Made by a program: the position numbers and the translations under genes. Source: Malacoraja senta (lineage: Eukaryota). From it: a stretch of DNA of 64,000 bases. The stretch is taken from positions 19,594,001-19,658,000 of the forward strand of contig CM075988.1 in assembly GCA_038087875.1 (NCBI GenBank), given 5' to 3'. Each line of letters opens with the position of its first letter. Positions within the stretch are counted from its first letter, which is position 1. Below are positions 11,226 to 22,680 of this stretch, piece by piece. The notes under the pieces are model-generated. The model did not search any database. It was not told the DNA's origin and worked only from the letters and a program-made list of their open reading frames with translations.

Positions 11226-12843
11226 TAGCAATGTTACAAAATATTGAGATTTTAAAAATCAAGTCTGTAATTTATCCCATCAGATAAAACATAAAAAGAA
11301 GTTTAATTTGACACCTAATTCACTTTCATATCTTCAGTATTAAAACGGTTATGGCCATTTTCATACTCAGAAATTAGCATCTTGTTCCCTATTACTTTTC
11401 CATTGACTTAACACAAAAGCTGTGATCGAGGACAGTCAAAAGCCCATAACTTTCTTAAAAATTAAAGGAACTGAAAGAAATTTTCAGTTATTATAGATTG
11501 AAGCATTCTGAAACAAATATGAAACAATCTTACTTAGATGACATGTAATTAAAGCATATAATTAGTTAGTTACCTAATTGTAGCTAATTACAAAATTCAA
11601 TTACTAGATCTAAACCTATCAATTTCTTAAGAATAGATTAACATTTTTAAAAAGCCTAAAGGGCCTGTCCCATGGGCAGGCGGTTCCAGGCGGTAAGCAC
11701 GGCGTAGCAGGAAGTGGGGACCGCGCGGCTGCCGCGCGGGTGCCACCGTACGGCCTGTCCCACGAGCATGCGGCAAGCGCAACCTAACCGGATGCGGTTG
11801 CCGCGCGGAGGCCGAGAGTTTACCGTACGGCCTATCCCACGAGCATGCGGATGCATGCGGCGATCGCGAACTTACCGGAAGCGGGCCGACTGCGAATGGA
11901 CGTCGTGCGGCGTCGGGTGATAACATCAGCGCACAACGCAACGTGCTAGCCTACTCTGTCGAGACGGCTCGCGGCGTCCAGGCGGTGCTCGCGGCGTCCA
12001 GGCGGTGCTCGCGGCGTCCAGGCGGTGCTCGCGGCGTCGAGGTTGCAGGCCGTTGCCGCACGGGATTTTTGGACAGTCAGTTTTTCTGAGCCCCGCGCGG
12101 TGTCGGGACCAACTACATACGGCTCCGGCGATCTGCGTGGGACCAACCCCGCGGGCCCCGCGCGGTCCCCACTTCCTGCTACGCCGCGCTTACCGCCTGG
12201 AACCGCCTGCCCATGGGACAGGGCCTTAAGTGTCCAAATAACATTCACACAAGAATTCACAATATAACATAATTTTTAAATCTCATTGTCATGGATTTAT
12301 AGGCCAAATTGAAGGAATTTAATGTTTAATACCTGTAAATTAATGGCCATTTAAATCATCTTGCGAGTGGGTTTTTCCGGAACGCGATCATTTGGAACGT
12401 TGCATTTGCGGTGAATTTAAACTCATATCGGCATGAAAAATACTGTCGGTTCGTTCGGGGAAAGAAATCACCGTTTCGCAACTTAAAATGTGAATTAAAG
12501 GCATCTTAAGGAGCACTTTTATACATAAAATAAACGGCTTTCGTTTACCTGTCCCGTGCGTGAAATCTGTCCCCGTTGTCGGCGTTGACGGCTTTAGAAG
12601 CTGATTTTAAAATAACTCCAGCGCTGAAATTGTCGGGGGATTTTTAAAACAAAATACACAGAACGCCCGTCGGAACGATTCTTCAGCAAAAGCTTGCACT
12701 TCAACGAAATATATTCCAGGACAAGGTAGGAGAAACCTGCGTTTTAACCCAGCCCCCCCCCCCCCCTCAAAGGCGCCAAAATCGCGCACACGGCCAGTGG
12801 CAGAATTGCAGCTCCGCTGAAGGTAAGTATTGTAACTTATCTA
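11226..12843. mobile_element. Non-autonomous TIR DNA element, superfamily unresolved (hosts the Harbinger MITE)
   Basis: Imperfect ~16-bp TIRs TAGCAATGTTACAAAA / TATTGTAACTTATCTA. Inserted in an (ACAATAG)n CR1 tail, so TSD length is ambiguous. No ORF. Confidence 0.7.
11660..12226. mobile_element. GC-rich PIF/Harbinger-like MITE
   Basis: About 70-bp TIRs (AGGGCCTGTCCCATGGGCAGGCGGTTCCAGGCGGTAAGC...), TAA duplicated on both sides (11657-11659, 12227-12229), internal 20-bp tandem repeat. Confidence 0.88.
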
Positions 12844-13014
12844 ACAATAGACAATAGTTGCAGGAGTAGGCCATTCGGCCCTTCGAGCAGCACCGCCATT
12901 CAATGTGATCATGGCTGATCATCCCCAATCAGTACCCCATTCCTGCCTTCTACCCATATCCCCTGGCTCCACTATCATTAAGAGCCCTATCTAGCTCTCT
13001 CTTGAAAGTATCAA
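12844..13014 (-). mobile_element. CR1 3' fragment whose tail (continuing at 11217-11225) is interrupted by a DNA element
   Basis: Reverse complement of the CR1 3' UTR at 1200-1320. TACTAT TSD at 11211-11216 and 13015-13020. Confidence 0.85.
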
Positions 13015-13616
13015 TACTATTATTAACTTATCTTGTTATTGATTATTGTATGTTTATTTTGTGTTATAGCATTAATGGATCTATTAAGCTGCAGGAAGTA
13101 AGAATGGCATAGTTCCATTGCCATTTCATTGCCATTGTATATGACTATTAAACACTCTTGCTGCCTCTTGACCTTGTATTCTTTCTCTGTAACTGTAATG
13201 CTACATTCTGTATTACCATATTCTGGTACTTTTCCCTTTGTACTTCCTGGTTTACTTGTGTAGAGCTTGATTGTACTCATGCAGTATCATTTGACTGGAT
13301 AGCATGCAAAAAAAGCTTTCACTGTATCTTGGTATACGTGGCAATCTTCTTATCGAGTCCACATCACAAGATTAGAAATGGTTCAGCCAGAGCTGAACAC
13401 ACTTCTCGGCTTCTGCATACAATGGCGTCTTGCGTTTTTGTGCTTCTTGTGCTTCTTGTGCGTAGTGGTGGAAAGATTGGCGGAAACAGGGCGGGGACGT
13501 GAACGCCCTTCCCTTGACCCCCCACGTGGCAATAATAACCCAATACCAATGGCAATTTATTCTCTTCCTCAACAATTGAATGTGTCATTTAAAAAAAAAT
13601 GTCAGATAGTTTATTC

Positions 13617-13764
13617 TATAGGAAGGAACTGCAGATGCTGGTTTAATCCGAAGATAGACACAAAATGCTGGAGTAACTCAGTGGGACAGGCAGCATCTCT
13701 GGAGAGAAGGAATGGGTGACGTTTCGGGTCGAGACCACTGAGTTACTCCAGCAATTTGTGTCTA
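13617..13764. mobile_element. Penelope-derived mini-element
   Basis: GGAAGGAACTGCAGATGCTGG...GAGTTACTCCAGCAATTTGTGTCTA, flanked by a 14-bp direct repeat TCAGATAGTTTATT. Confidence 0.75.
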
Positions 13765-14187
13765 TCAGATAGTTTATTATTCCATCACACTTGTGCAACT
13801 CTTTTTAGTATCCTGTCCTTCCCATTCTCCAAGAGCCTGTCGAATAACCTCTCTTCTGCAATTAGTTCTTAAAAATATTAAACATTTTTGAAGGCGTGTT
13901 TTTTTTTTTTAATGCACCAGTATCCTCTGTCACTTCTCCAACGAATGGCCAGGTATTTTTATTTTCCCTCCCATAAATCTGAAAAGCCAGAGTTTTTTTT
14001 AATTTTATAAGGAAATAAGAATTAAAAATATATTATGAAGAAAAATTTGGACAGGTACATGGTTAGGATAGGTTTAGAGGGAAATGAGCTCCACGCAGGC
14101 TGGTGGGACTAGCGTAGATGGGACATGTTGGTCGAGGTGGACAAGTTGGGCCAAAGAGCCTGCTTCCACACTATATTGACTATGACT

Positions 14188-14475
14188 TTATTTCAAAATG
14201 TATTCATGACAAAGTATACAAAACAAAATTGTAAAACTCTTGAAACATTTGTGGTGTATATACTGTACATTCGGTATTGCTAGTGTTATACCTAGTAGTG
14301 TTAGCACCTCCCTTTTTCCTTACACATAACACCATTGCCACTCATGTAGCACCCCTGGGGTGATATCCCTTCCCTTGTCTCCCCATCGGACTCAGCCCCC
14401 ATTGTCCAGCAGCAGAAGGACCCTGGGCTGTTGACCTCCCCCACAGAGCCTTGGCGTTGGTTGCCCGGACTGTCC
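14188..14475 (-). mobile_element. Probable Tx1/L1-clade LINE 3' end
   Basis: Minus strand encodes ATNAKALWGR, resembling Tx1 ORF2 ends, followed by an AT-rich UTR ending TTTTGAAATAAA. Confidence 0.5.
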
Positions 14476-15169
14476 TTGCGCCCTGCTGATCACAGCTGAT
14501 CCTGTGCCTAACATTTATTCACCTTGGGACCTCAATCCCTGTTCATCAGAGATCCGCAGACAAAGCAGAGAGAGAGAGAGGAGGGAACAAAGATGGGGCC
14601 AAATTATTTGCAATTCACCAGCAGCTTTCTTTTTCACATCAAAAGCCTTTGTTGTGTTCATCTCTCTTTCATCTCAAATATTTCTTGCAAACAATTCCAC
14701 TGGTGACCTTACGCTCACACCCAGAGCAATTGCTGAGGGAATACGAAGAACGTGTTCAGACAGGCAAGATAGCCAAACCATGCCGATGTGTGGCTATTCT
14801 CCATCCTTTCAAAGCACTGTGATATTTGTATAATAAACATCACTTGTCCAGTGAAACATAAGAGCCTCACATTTTACAAGAAGGAATTTTTGGCAGTGTA
14901 TAATCCCACTACCTTCTACTGATCAGAGCAGATATCAGATAAATCATAGGAGCAGAATCAGGCCATTCAGCCCATCGGGTCTATTCTACCATTCAATCAT
15001 GGCTGATCTATCTTTCCCTTTCAACCTCATTCTCCTGTCTTCTCCCCAGAACCTTTGACACTCTTACTCATCACGAATTTGCCAATCTCAAGATACGTTG
15101 GGTCTCCCACTCTCTATCCACCGTAGCGCACCTGCTTTCCGAAGTAGGTTGAACAGAAATGAGAGACGG

Positions 15170-15541
15170 CTGAGAAACTCTGGAATATGTTGTGAATTTC
15201 TACAGGCGTACAGTAGAGAGCATATTGACTGGTTGCATCGTGGCCTGTTTCGGCAACGTGAACGTCCAGGAGCGGAAAAGACTGCAAAAAATTGTGAACA
15301 CTGCCCAGTCCATCACTGGCTCTGACCTCCTCACCAACGAAGGGATTTATCGGGGGTCGCTGCCTCAAATAGGCAGCCAGCATCATCAGAGACCCACACC
15401 ATCCTGGCCACACACTCATTTCACCACTGTCATCGGGAAGAAGGTACAGGAGCCTGAAAACTGTAACGTCAGGTTCAGGAACAGCTTCTTCCCTACAGCC
15501 ATCATGCTATTGAACAATAATAAGCTCTGTACTACATAGAC

Positions 15542-15600
<59 letters not shown>

Positions 15601-15820
15601 TCACTACTATTGGTTTTTTTTTAGTATGTGTGTCTGTGTGTGTGTGTGTGTGTACTTGTGAGTATGTGTATACTGTATACACACACTGAACTTTTATTTT
15701 CTCTCTCGTTTATCATATTGTTTACAGTGTACTATGTTTACTTATTCTGTTGTGCTGCAGCAAGTAAGAATTTCATTGTTCTATCTGGGACATATGACAA
15801 TAAAAGACTCTTGACTCTTG
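15170..15820 (+). mobile_element. REX1/Babar LINE 3' fragment
   Basis: NFYRRTVESILTGCIVACFGN...RKRLQKIVNTAQSITG (DUF1891-like), RFRNSFFPTAI, GACAATAAA plus (ACTCTTG)n tail, with an internal (ATT)n array. Confidence 0.88.
15542..15600 (+). repeat. (TTA)n microsatellite
   Basis: About 19 perfect units. Confidence 0.97.
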
Positions 15821-17107
15821 AATTCAACATGGTGCAATGTTGTCAAGTCAGGTGGAGTTTATTGTCATGTGCACAATGACACTATGGTACAAAATCTTGC
15901 TTGCAGCAGCATCATAGGCACATAGACTCAGACCAACGCACAGAAATATAACATGCACAAATTGTACATAATATTTCTCATAGAAAGACTGCAAAAGACA
16001 AGACATTAATGAAAAAACATAGTTAGAAGAATACTGTGACGGGTACATGGGTATCCGTAAAAATTGTTGAGGCAGGTACAGTAACAACATTTAAAAAAAG
16101 ACATTTGGACGGGTACATGGATAGGAAAGGTTTAGAGAGATATGGCATCGGCAAGTGGGATCAGCCCAGTAAGGCAACTTGGTCAGCATGGACGGGTTGG
16201 GCTGAAAGGCCTATTTCCAAGCTGAATAGGTCTATGACCCTATGCCTCCAGCATGTATCTGGAATATTGTGTATGCACCTGGTGTGTAGCTAAGGTACCG
16301 ATTGACATGTAATGGAGGGAGTGAAATAAGAGTCTATCAGACCGATTCTTACAAACCCCTGCCTCTTGGTGAATGTCTCTTGAAAGATATTTAGACAGGA
16401 ACATGGATAACAAAGGTTTAGAGGGATGTGGGCCATAGGCGGGCAGGTAGGACTAGCATAGATGGGCCATCTTGTTCAAGCTGGGCCGAAGAGCCTGATT
16501 CCGTGCTATATGCCTCTACAACATGATGGATGTAAATTCACACCTGAGCAAGAGTGTTAAATGTACAATTTAGTCAGAGCAGCAAGTTATACTCTACTAC
16601 CAGAACTTTGGTGCAGTCAAGTTGGTGGAACTGAATTTCAATTTTAGGCTGGAGTATGCAGCTGCCCAACACAGAAGGAAGATACTTGGAGAAATTAGGA
16701 AAGATAGATCAGAATGGTGACATCCAAGTAAGCAAGCGCAGCATCCAGAGTAAATTTAATAGAATGTAGATTTTATTGCAGTTGGACAGCCTTTTAAGTG
16801 GCATTGGAGAGATATTTGAAGTCTTGGCAATTTTAGCAAGTGGATTATGCAAAACCAGATGTTCTGGGTACTTTGTTGAAATTAATGCCACTTTAATGCT
16901 GATGAATTAAACAGATGAATTTATCCTACTACTGGGCTCAAATCCAATGAACACAATCTTCCAAGTATGTCCTGAACAATGATCTAAACTAACAATGACT
17001 TTTTGGCTTATAATAAAAGATTCTCAAGACGCTTTTCAACACATCATCCGATGTAGGTAATAACTTCACATTGGCAGAGGTTTTCAGTAAATTGTCAACA
17101 ATAAAAT

Positions 17108-17595
17108 TAGAGTCAGTCATTGGAGTGGAAACAGGCCCTTCAGCCCAACTTACCTTTGCCGACCATCTACGCTAATCCCACCTGCCTGCATTTGGTCCAT
17201 ATCCCTCCAAACCTTTCCCATCCATGTACCTGTCCAAATGTTTCTTAAGCATTGTGATAGTACTTACCTCAACTATCTCCTCTGCCAGCTTGTCACACAT
17301 ATCTACCACACTAGAAAAGTTGCCCCTCAGGTTGCTATTAAATGTTTCTCCCCTCAACTTAAACCTATGTCTAGTTCTTGATTCCCCTACTCTGGGTAAA
17401 TGACCCTGTGCATTCACTGTATCTTTTCCTCACATGATCTTATACACCTCTACAAGCTCACCCCTCATCCTCCGGCGCTCCAAGGATTAAAGTCCGAGCC
17501 TGCTCAGGCCTATGAGTCTTGGCAACATTGTTGTAAATCTTCTCTGGTCCTTTTCCAGCTTGACCACATCTTTTCTATAACAGGGTGACCAAAAA
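17108..17595 (-). mobile_element. CR1 LINE 3' fragment
   Basis: WSPCYRKDVVKLEKDQRRFT and GESRTRHRFKLRGE...LDRYMDGKGLEGYG motifs. Confidence 0.85.
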
Positions 17596-17844
17596 CAATT
17601 AAAATACTTAATTTGCGGCATCAGTGTTCTGCTTGTCATGTACTCTGTAGCATAAACAACAGACAGTTCAACTGCATACGAGTTAAATTGATTGTCTGTA
17701 AAGATATGAAGTCGCAGGATCAAAACTTACCACCCCGACATTCAACCAGGCTCTTCATGATGTGTCTTTCATTGGACTTTGGTTTTGCACTATTATGGTT
17801 ACCTCACTGTTTTAGCTTATTGTGCCATCAATTATTATATTTTT

Positions 17845-18143
17845 CTAGTTTAGTTCAGAGATACAGCATGGAAACAGACCCCTTTGGCCCACTGAGTCCA
17901 CACTAACCAATGATCACCCCAACACTATTTCTATGCTACAGACTAGGGACAATTTGCAGACACCAATCAACCTACAAATATGCATGCCTTTTGGAATGTG
18001 GGAGGAAACCGGAGCACCCGGAATAAACGTACACAGTCGCAGGGAGGACGTACGAATCTCCGCACAGACAACACCCATAGTCAGGATCGAACCCGGGTCT
18101 CCGACGCCGTAAGGCCGCAACTCTACCGTTGCGTCACTGTGCT
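17845..18143 (-). mobile_element. V-SINE
   Basis: A/B boxes, V-core and tail on the minus strand. Confidence 0.88.
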
Positions 18144-20226
18144 GTTGTATGCACCCTGATGGAATATCCCACCCACTGGACAATTTGCAAACGAGAATTT
18201 GCAAACGAATAAAACTACTTGAATAACAACAGGGAAAACAACACTGCAGCTGCGGTATTTTTACAGAGCTCTCTGTGCCTACTCAATATTCCATTGGTAT
18301 CACCATAACGGATTATCTTGATGTCTCATACACTCCCTTCAAAAGCTTCTCTTTGATAGACTCCGGGAGGTGGTGATCTTTGCGCGCAGTGAGAATTGCA
18401 TCATCAGAAGCCTTTGAAATTTGAAAAAGCAATCTCTGCAAATTAAATTGAATCTCCAAAGTCAGAAATAAAGCTCAGAAGATAGGACAAGCTTGAAGGT
18501 TCATCACCAGAGGCCCGTATGTACGGTAGAGAGCATACTGGTAGACTGGTTCCATTATGGTTTGGTTCGGCACCTCGATGGAGATTACAGAAAGTGGTAC
18601 ACATTTCCCGGTCCATCATGGACACTAATCTCACCACCATCAAAGGCATCTATAGAAGACTAGACCAAGGGGAACCCGTTGAGCCCCGTCCCCTCAATTT
18701 GCGGTTGCGGGGGGGGGGGCGGCCTTCGGCGTTACACACACACACACTAACCACCCCCCACACACACTAACCCCCCCTTGATATTATATTAATATTATTC
18801 ATTTACTCTTTTTACCCCATCCCCCGGCCTATCCACTCACGCATAACCCCCAACTGCACAGGCGTGGCTAGAGAGGGGGGGGTGGAGAGTGAGGGGGAGG
18901 GGGTAGAGAGGGAGATGGAGGGGGGTACAGATTGAGGGGTGGGGGAGCGCGGCGTCTCATGGGAGGGCTGGTTCCCGAACGCAATACTCCACCACTCATG
19001 GATAGGTCCCAATATTCACCACTCCCTAGAGAGGGAGGGGGGGCAGAGAGGTGGGGGGGGAGGTAGCGGGGGGGGGGGAGGTAGCAGAGAGAGAGGAGGG
19101 GCAGAGAGGGGAGGAGGGGCAGAGGGGAAGGGGACAGAGAGGAAGGGGGGCAGAGAGGAAGGGGGGGGGCAAAAAGGGAGGGGGAGCAGAGAGGGAGGGC
19201 CCCCCTCCTCCCCTCCCCCCTCCTCCTCCCTCTCCCTCCCTCTCCTCAACCCCCGCCTCCCCCATCTCCCCCCTCTCCTCACCCCTCTCCTCCCCCCCTA
19301 TACACCCCCCCTCTCCACCCCCTCTCACCCCTCCCTCCACCCCACTTCTCTCCCCCCCCCTCTCTCTCTCTTTCTCTGCCCCGGGGAGGGGGTAGAGAGG
19401 GAGTGGGAGGGGGTAGAGGCAGCACCTACACAGGTCGAAGAGCAGGCCTCCCCACCAGGCGCCGGGCCCGAGCTAGGCGGCGGCTGGCATGGACCAGAGC
19501 GAGGCCCAGAGCGATCTGAGGACGGTGAAAAGCAGCGGAGGGCCGGCTGATCGTGGCTTCCGCAAGGGTAAGTCCACTCACCAGCATGACAGACGATCGG
19601 GCGGGGGAGACGGAGAGGTGGTCGTCCCCTGTGACGGCCGCCGCGGCCACCTTTCCACTGCGCTTGTCCGCGGCTGCGCTGCGATGACGACCGCCGCCGC
19701 AATGTTGTAGAACTTGAAGGAGCGCGCTGCATGACTTGATCACGTGTTCAACGGCTTAAATCCAAAGCCGTGGGGGGGGGGGGGGGGAGAAGGGCGGCTG
19801 GGCCACGTAACTCGCAGCTCGTGGATCCGCATTGAAAACTCTGCGCAGCGAGCTCCGAGGAGCAAAGGCATCGTGATGTCATCCAGCTCGCTTCAGCACG
19901 TTAGATTTTTAAAAAGATGTCAGATTGGTGAACAATTTTAGTAATAAACTCGGGAAATAATTAATCAGATTTTCAGATGAGGGGATTTTTGAAATCATGA
20001 GGTAAATCTCTACCGGAATATGTAAAATTTTCACCGTTACCGCGTCGGGTTTTCAAGGAGATGTGAATCACATATGAAAACACACAGACACACACACAAA
20101 TACATCCACATCCAAGATCAGAGTTTTAATAGTTACTAGACCAAGTGCAGACCCGTTGGGTCTGGTCCCCGAAAGTGCTTGACACCCCGGGTGTTTTGCC
20201 CGAACGTGCTTGAGACCCCGGGGTGA

Positions 20227-20350
20227 AAATCGTGGAAAAAAAAGATGGCGTCGTTTTCGGAAAAAATCGGAGAAAATCGGCGAAAAAAAGATGGCGTCGT
20301 TTTCGGAGAAAATCGGCGAAAAAAAGATGGCGTCGTTTTCGGAGAAAATC
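20227..20350 (+). repeat. 36-bp tandem repeat x3
   Basis: GGAGAAAATCGGCGAAAAAAAGATGGCGTCGTTTTC. Confidence 0.9.
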
Positions 20351-20527
20351 TGAGACAATCACATGGGGGTGGGGGGGGGATGGATTTTATTAAAAAACGT
20401 GTACATAAACAGGACCGAATTTAATCAGGAGTGGCTATTCGTAAAGATAAATGTCATCTCTTTGGAAATAGTAAAAAATATGGGCCTTTCCGCGCGCTGT
20501 GTGGGCCAGGGGCGGTATCAAAGGCGG

Positions 20528-20590
20528 CGTACGGACGTACAGACGTACAGACGTACAGACGTACAGACGTACAGACGTACAGACGGACGG
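20528..20590 (+). repeat. (GACGTACA)n 8-bp microsatellite
   Basis: About 7 consecutive units next to the Helitron 5' end. Confidence 0.95.
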
Positions 20591-21108
20591 CAGCCAGAGA
20601 GTTTTAAAAGTATATAGATAGATAGATGATGCTTCCTTAAAAAGGCATTCGATGTCATCAAAGACCATCTTGGCCATACTCTTATCTCACTGCTACCATC
20701 GCGAACAAGGTAGAGGAGCCTGAAAATCACCAGGTCCAAGAACACCTTGTGCCCAGCAACCATCCAGCTCTTGAACACTACATAACAATTCGGATGTTCT
20801 ATGGGCTGTGTCTTTGTTGTACTATGGAATTCATTTTTCTTTGCACTATTATTGCTGCTGTTAATTTATTGTATTCTTGATTATTGTATATTTATCTGTG
20901 TGTTGTGTATATGGGCCTTTTAAGCTGCAGCAAGTAAGATTTTTTTTTAATGCAATATAATGCAAATACAATGTAAGCCCCAATATACAATGCTCCATTG
21001 GCTGTGAAAAGTTTTTTGTTGTCCAGAGTTTGGGAAAGATAGTACATATACAAATCTTTCCTTTTTTGAAAGTAATAAAATCTGTGAAGCGGTAAATGAT
21101 ACTTAAGG

Positions 21109-21315
21109 TAGACAAAAATGCTGGAGAAACTCAGCGGGTGAGGCAGCATCTATGGAGCGAAGGAAATAGGCAACGTTTTGGGTCGAGACCCTTCTTCAGA
21201 CTGATGTGGCGAGAAGAAGAAAGGAAGAGGCGGAGGCAGTGGGCTGTGGGAGAGCTGGGAAGGGGAGGCGAAAGGAGAAAGCAGGGATTACCTGAAATTG
21301 GATAAGTCAATGTTC
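21109..21315 (-). mobile_element. Penelope pLTR fragment
   Basis: Same arm as 1684-1850, flanked by an ATACTTAAGG direct repeat. Confidence 0.75.
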
Positions 21316-22384
21316 ATACTTAAGGGTTTAGTTTTCACTTTGATAAGTTATGTCACAGGCCAAAATGTATAACTAGCTAAGTAAATAATGAATATTAATA
21401 CTAAATACTAAATATAATACTAAATATGAAGAATTTATTCCATGGAATATTTTCTGCTTTTCTTTTCAGAGGATCTAATTATCGCTAAACCCTCAACCAT
21501 CTGACAAATAATTAATTTTAACTCTGTAGCTGCCCCTTGTCATTGTTAGATTGGGGTCAGCCCTTTCCCAAAGGATTTGATGTTTACATCCAAAACTAAT
21601 GAGGTTTTCACCGCATTTGATTTATCTGCCCCAGCGCAAAAATAATGATGATTTGAACGCTCACAGTAAATGCTAAAACAAATTTTCATTCAGTTCTCCT
21701 CCCAACCACAGTGACATCCAGTCAGTACCTTGACGGGCACTGAGAGAAAATTAAGAATTTAATTGTTCTATCTGGGACATATGACAATAAACCACTCTTG
21801 ACTCTTGACTTGAGGTGAGAGCAAAGTGTTTTTCTGGTGTAAATCAGCGATTATGAATGAGCAAGATGTCCTTCTGACTGGAGAAGTGGTCAAACATGTG
21901 GAATACATTTTTTCCCCCCTGAAAACTGTTTGGTGACAGAATGACAAGGGGTTATGATATTCATTAACAAAGCAAACCCAGCATATTTTAAATGCAGAGT
22001 CAGTAACTGAATTGTGCATTATTCATGAGTGGAACATGAATACTCATTAGCTTGACTGCTCAGAGATAACAGAGCAAAGTTTTTTTTTCCCTCTTTCTTT
22101 GTTTGAGTGTGTTTCTGGGCCAGCATTGATTGGGCTATGGTGCTAAAGATCTCACTATTTAATCTATTCTAACAGAATTTCTACAATCTGTTATTGGTGT
22201 TTGTCTCTTAGTGTCACGGGTACCTAGATACAGTGGAAAAACTGTACCGTCAAGTCAAGTACAATCAAGTGTAGAAACAAGGAACTGCAGATGCTGGTTT
22301 ACAAAATAAAAGACAAAGTGCTGGGACCCTTCTTCAGACTGGTCTGAGTCTTGTGTCTTTTTCTTTACACAAGTTTTCCAGGTT

Positions 22385-22680
22385 TAGTTGACTTTAATTT
22401 AGAGATACAGCATGGAATCAGGCCCTTCAGCCCACCATGCCGTTCATCGATCACCCATACACATGTTCTATCTTACACTCTTGGGACAATTTAGAGAGGC
22501 AAATTAACCTACAAACCTGCACATCTTTGGGACGTGGCTGGAATTCAGAGCACCCATAGAAAACACACGCAGTCACGGGGAGAAGGTACAAACTCTGAAC
22601 ACATAGCACCCATAGTCAGGATCGAACTTGGGACTCTGGCGCTGTAAGGCAGCAAATCTAACACTGCGCCACCGTGCCGC
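22385..22680 (-). mobile_element. V-SINE
   Basis: A/B boxes, V-core and tail on the minus strand. Confidence 0.85.

Larger units (their letters stand above)
20136..20618 (-). mobile_element. Non-autonomous Helitron (unit B)
   Basis: 3' CTAG at 20136-20139 with a perfect hairpin CAGACCC-GTT-GGGTCTG about 8 bp inside. 5' end TCTATATACTTTTAAAACTCTC, followed by an 8-bp microsatellite. Confidence 0.85.
18660..20629 (-). mobile_element. Non-autonomous Helitron (unit A) with a second Helitron nested near its 5' tip
   Basis: Minus strand starts TC (20629) and ends CTAG (18660) with a subterminal degenerate hairpin. It sits between A and T without TSD in a REX1 fragment; the flanks rejoin as ...ATCTATAGAAGA|TGCTTCCTTAAAAAGGCA. 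Confidence 0.85.
18520..20960 (+). mobile_element. REX1/Babar 3' fragment split by the Helitron pair
   Basis: GAGAGCATACTG...RLQKVVHISRSI on the left. AAGGCA..CATCAAAGACC and the REX tail on the right. Confidence 0.75.

Noticed and set aside
13430..13555. Promoter-like cluster (TTGGCGGAAA, GGGCGGGG, CACGTG, CCAAT)
   Set aside because: The minus strand ends in a (CACAAGAAG)n tail, more consistent with a short retroposon 3' end. No downstream exon is seen.
18939..19550. 203-aa Gly/Pro-rich ORF and overlapping ORFs
   Set aside because: They arise from stop-poor low-complexity G/C tracts inside a Helitron.
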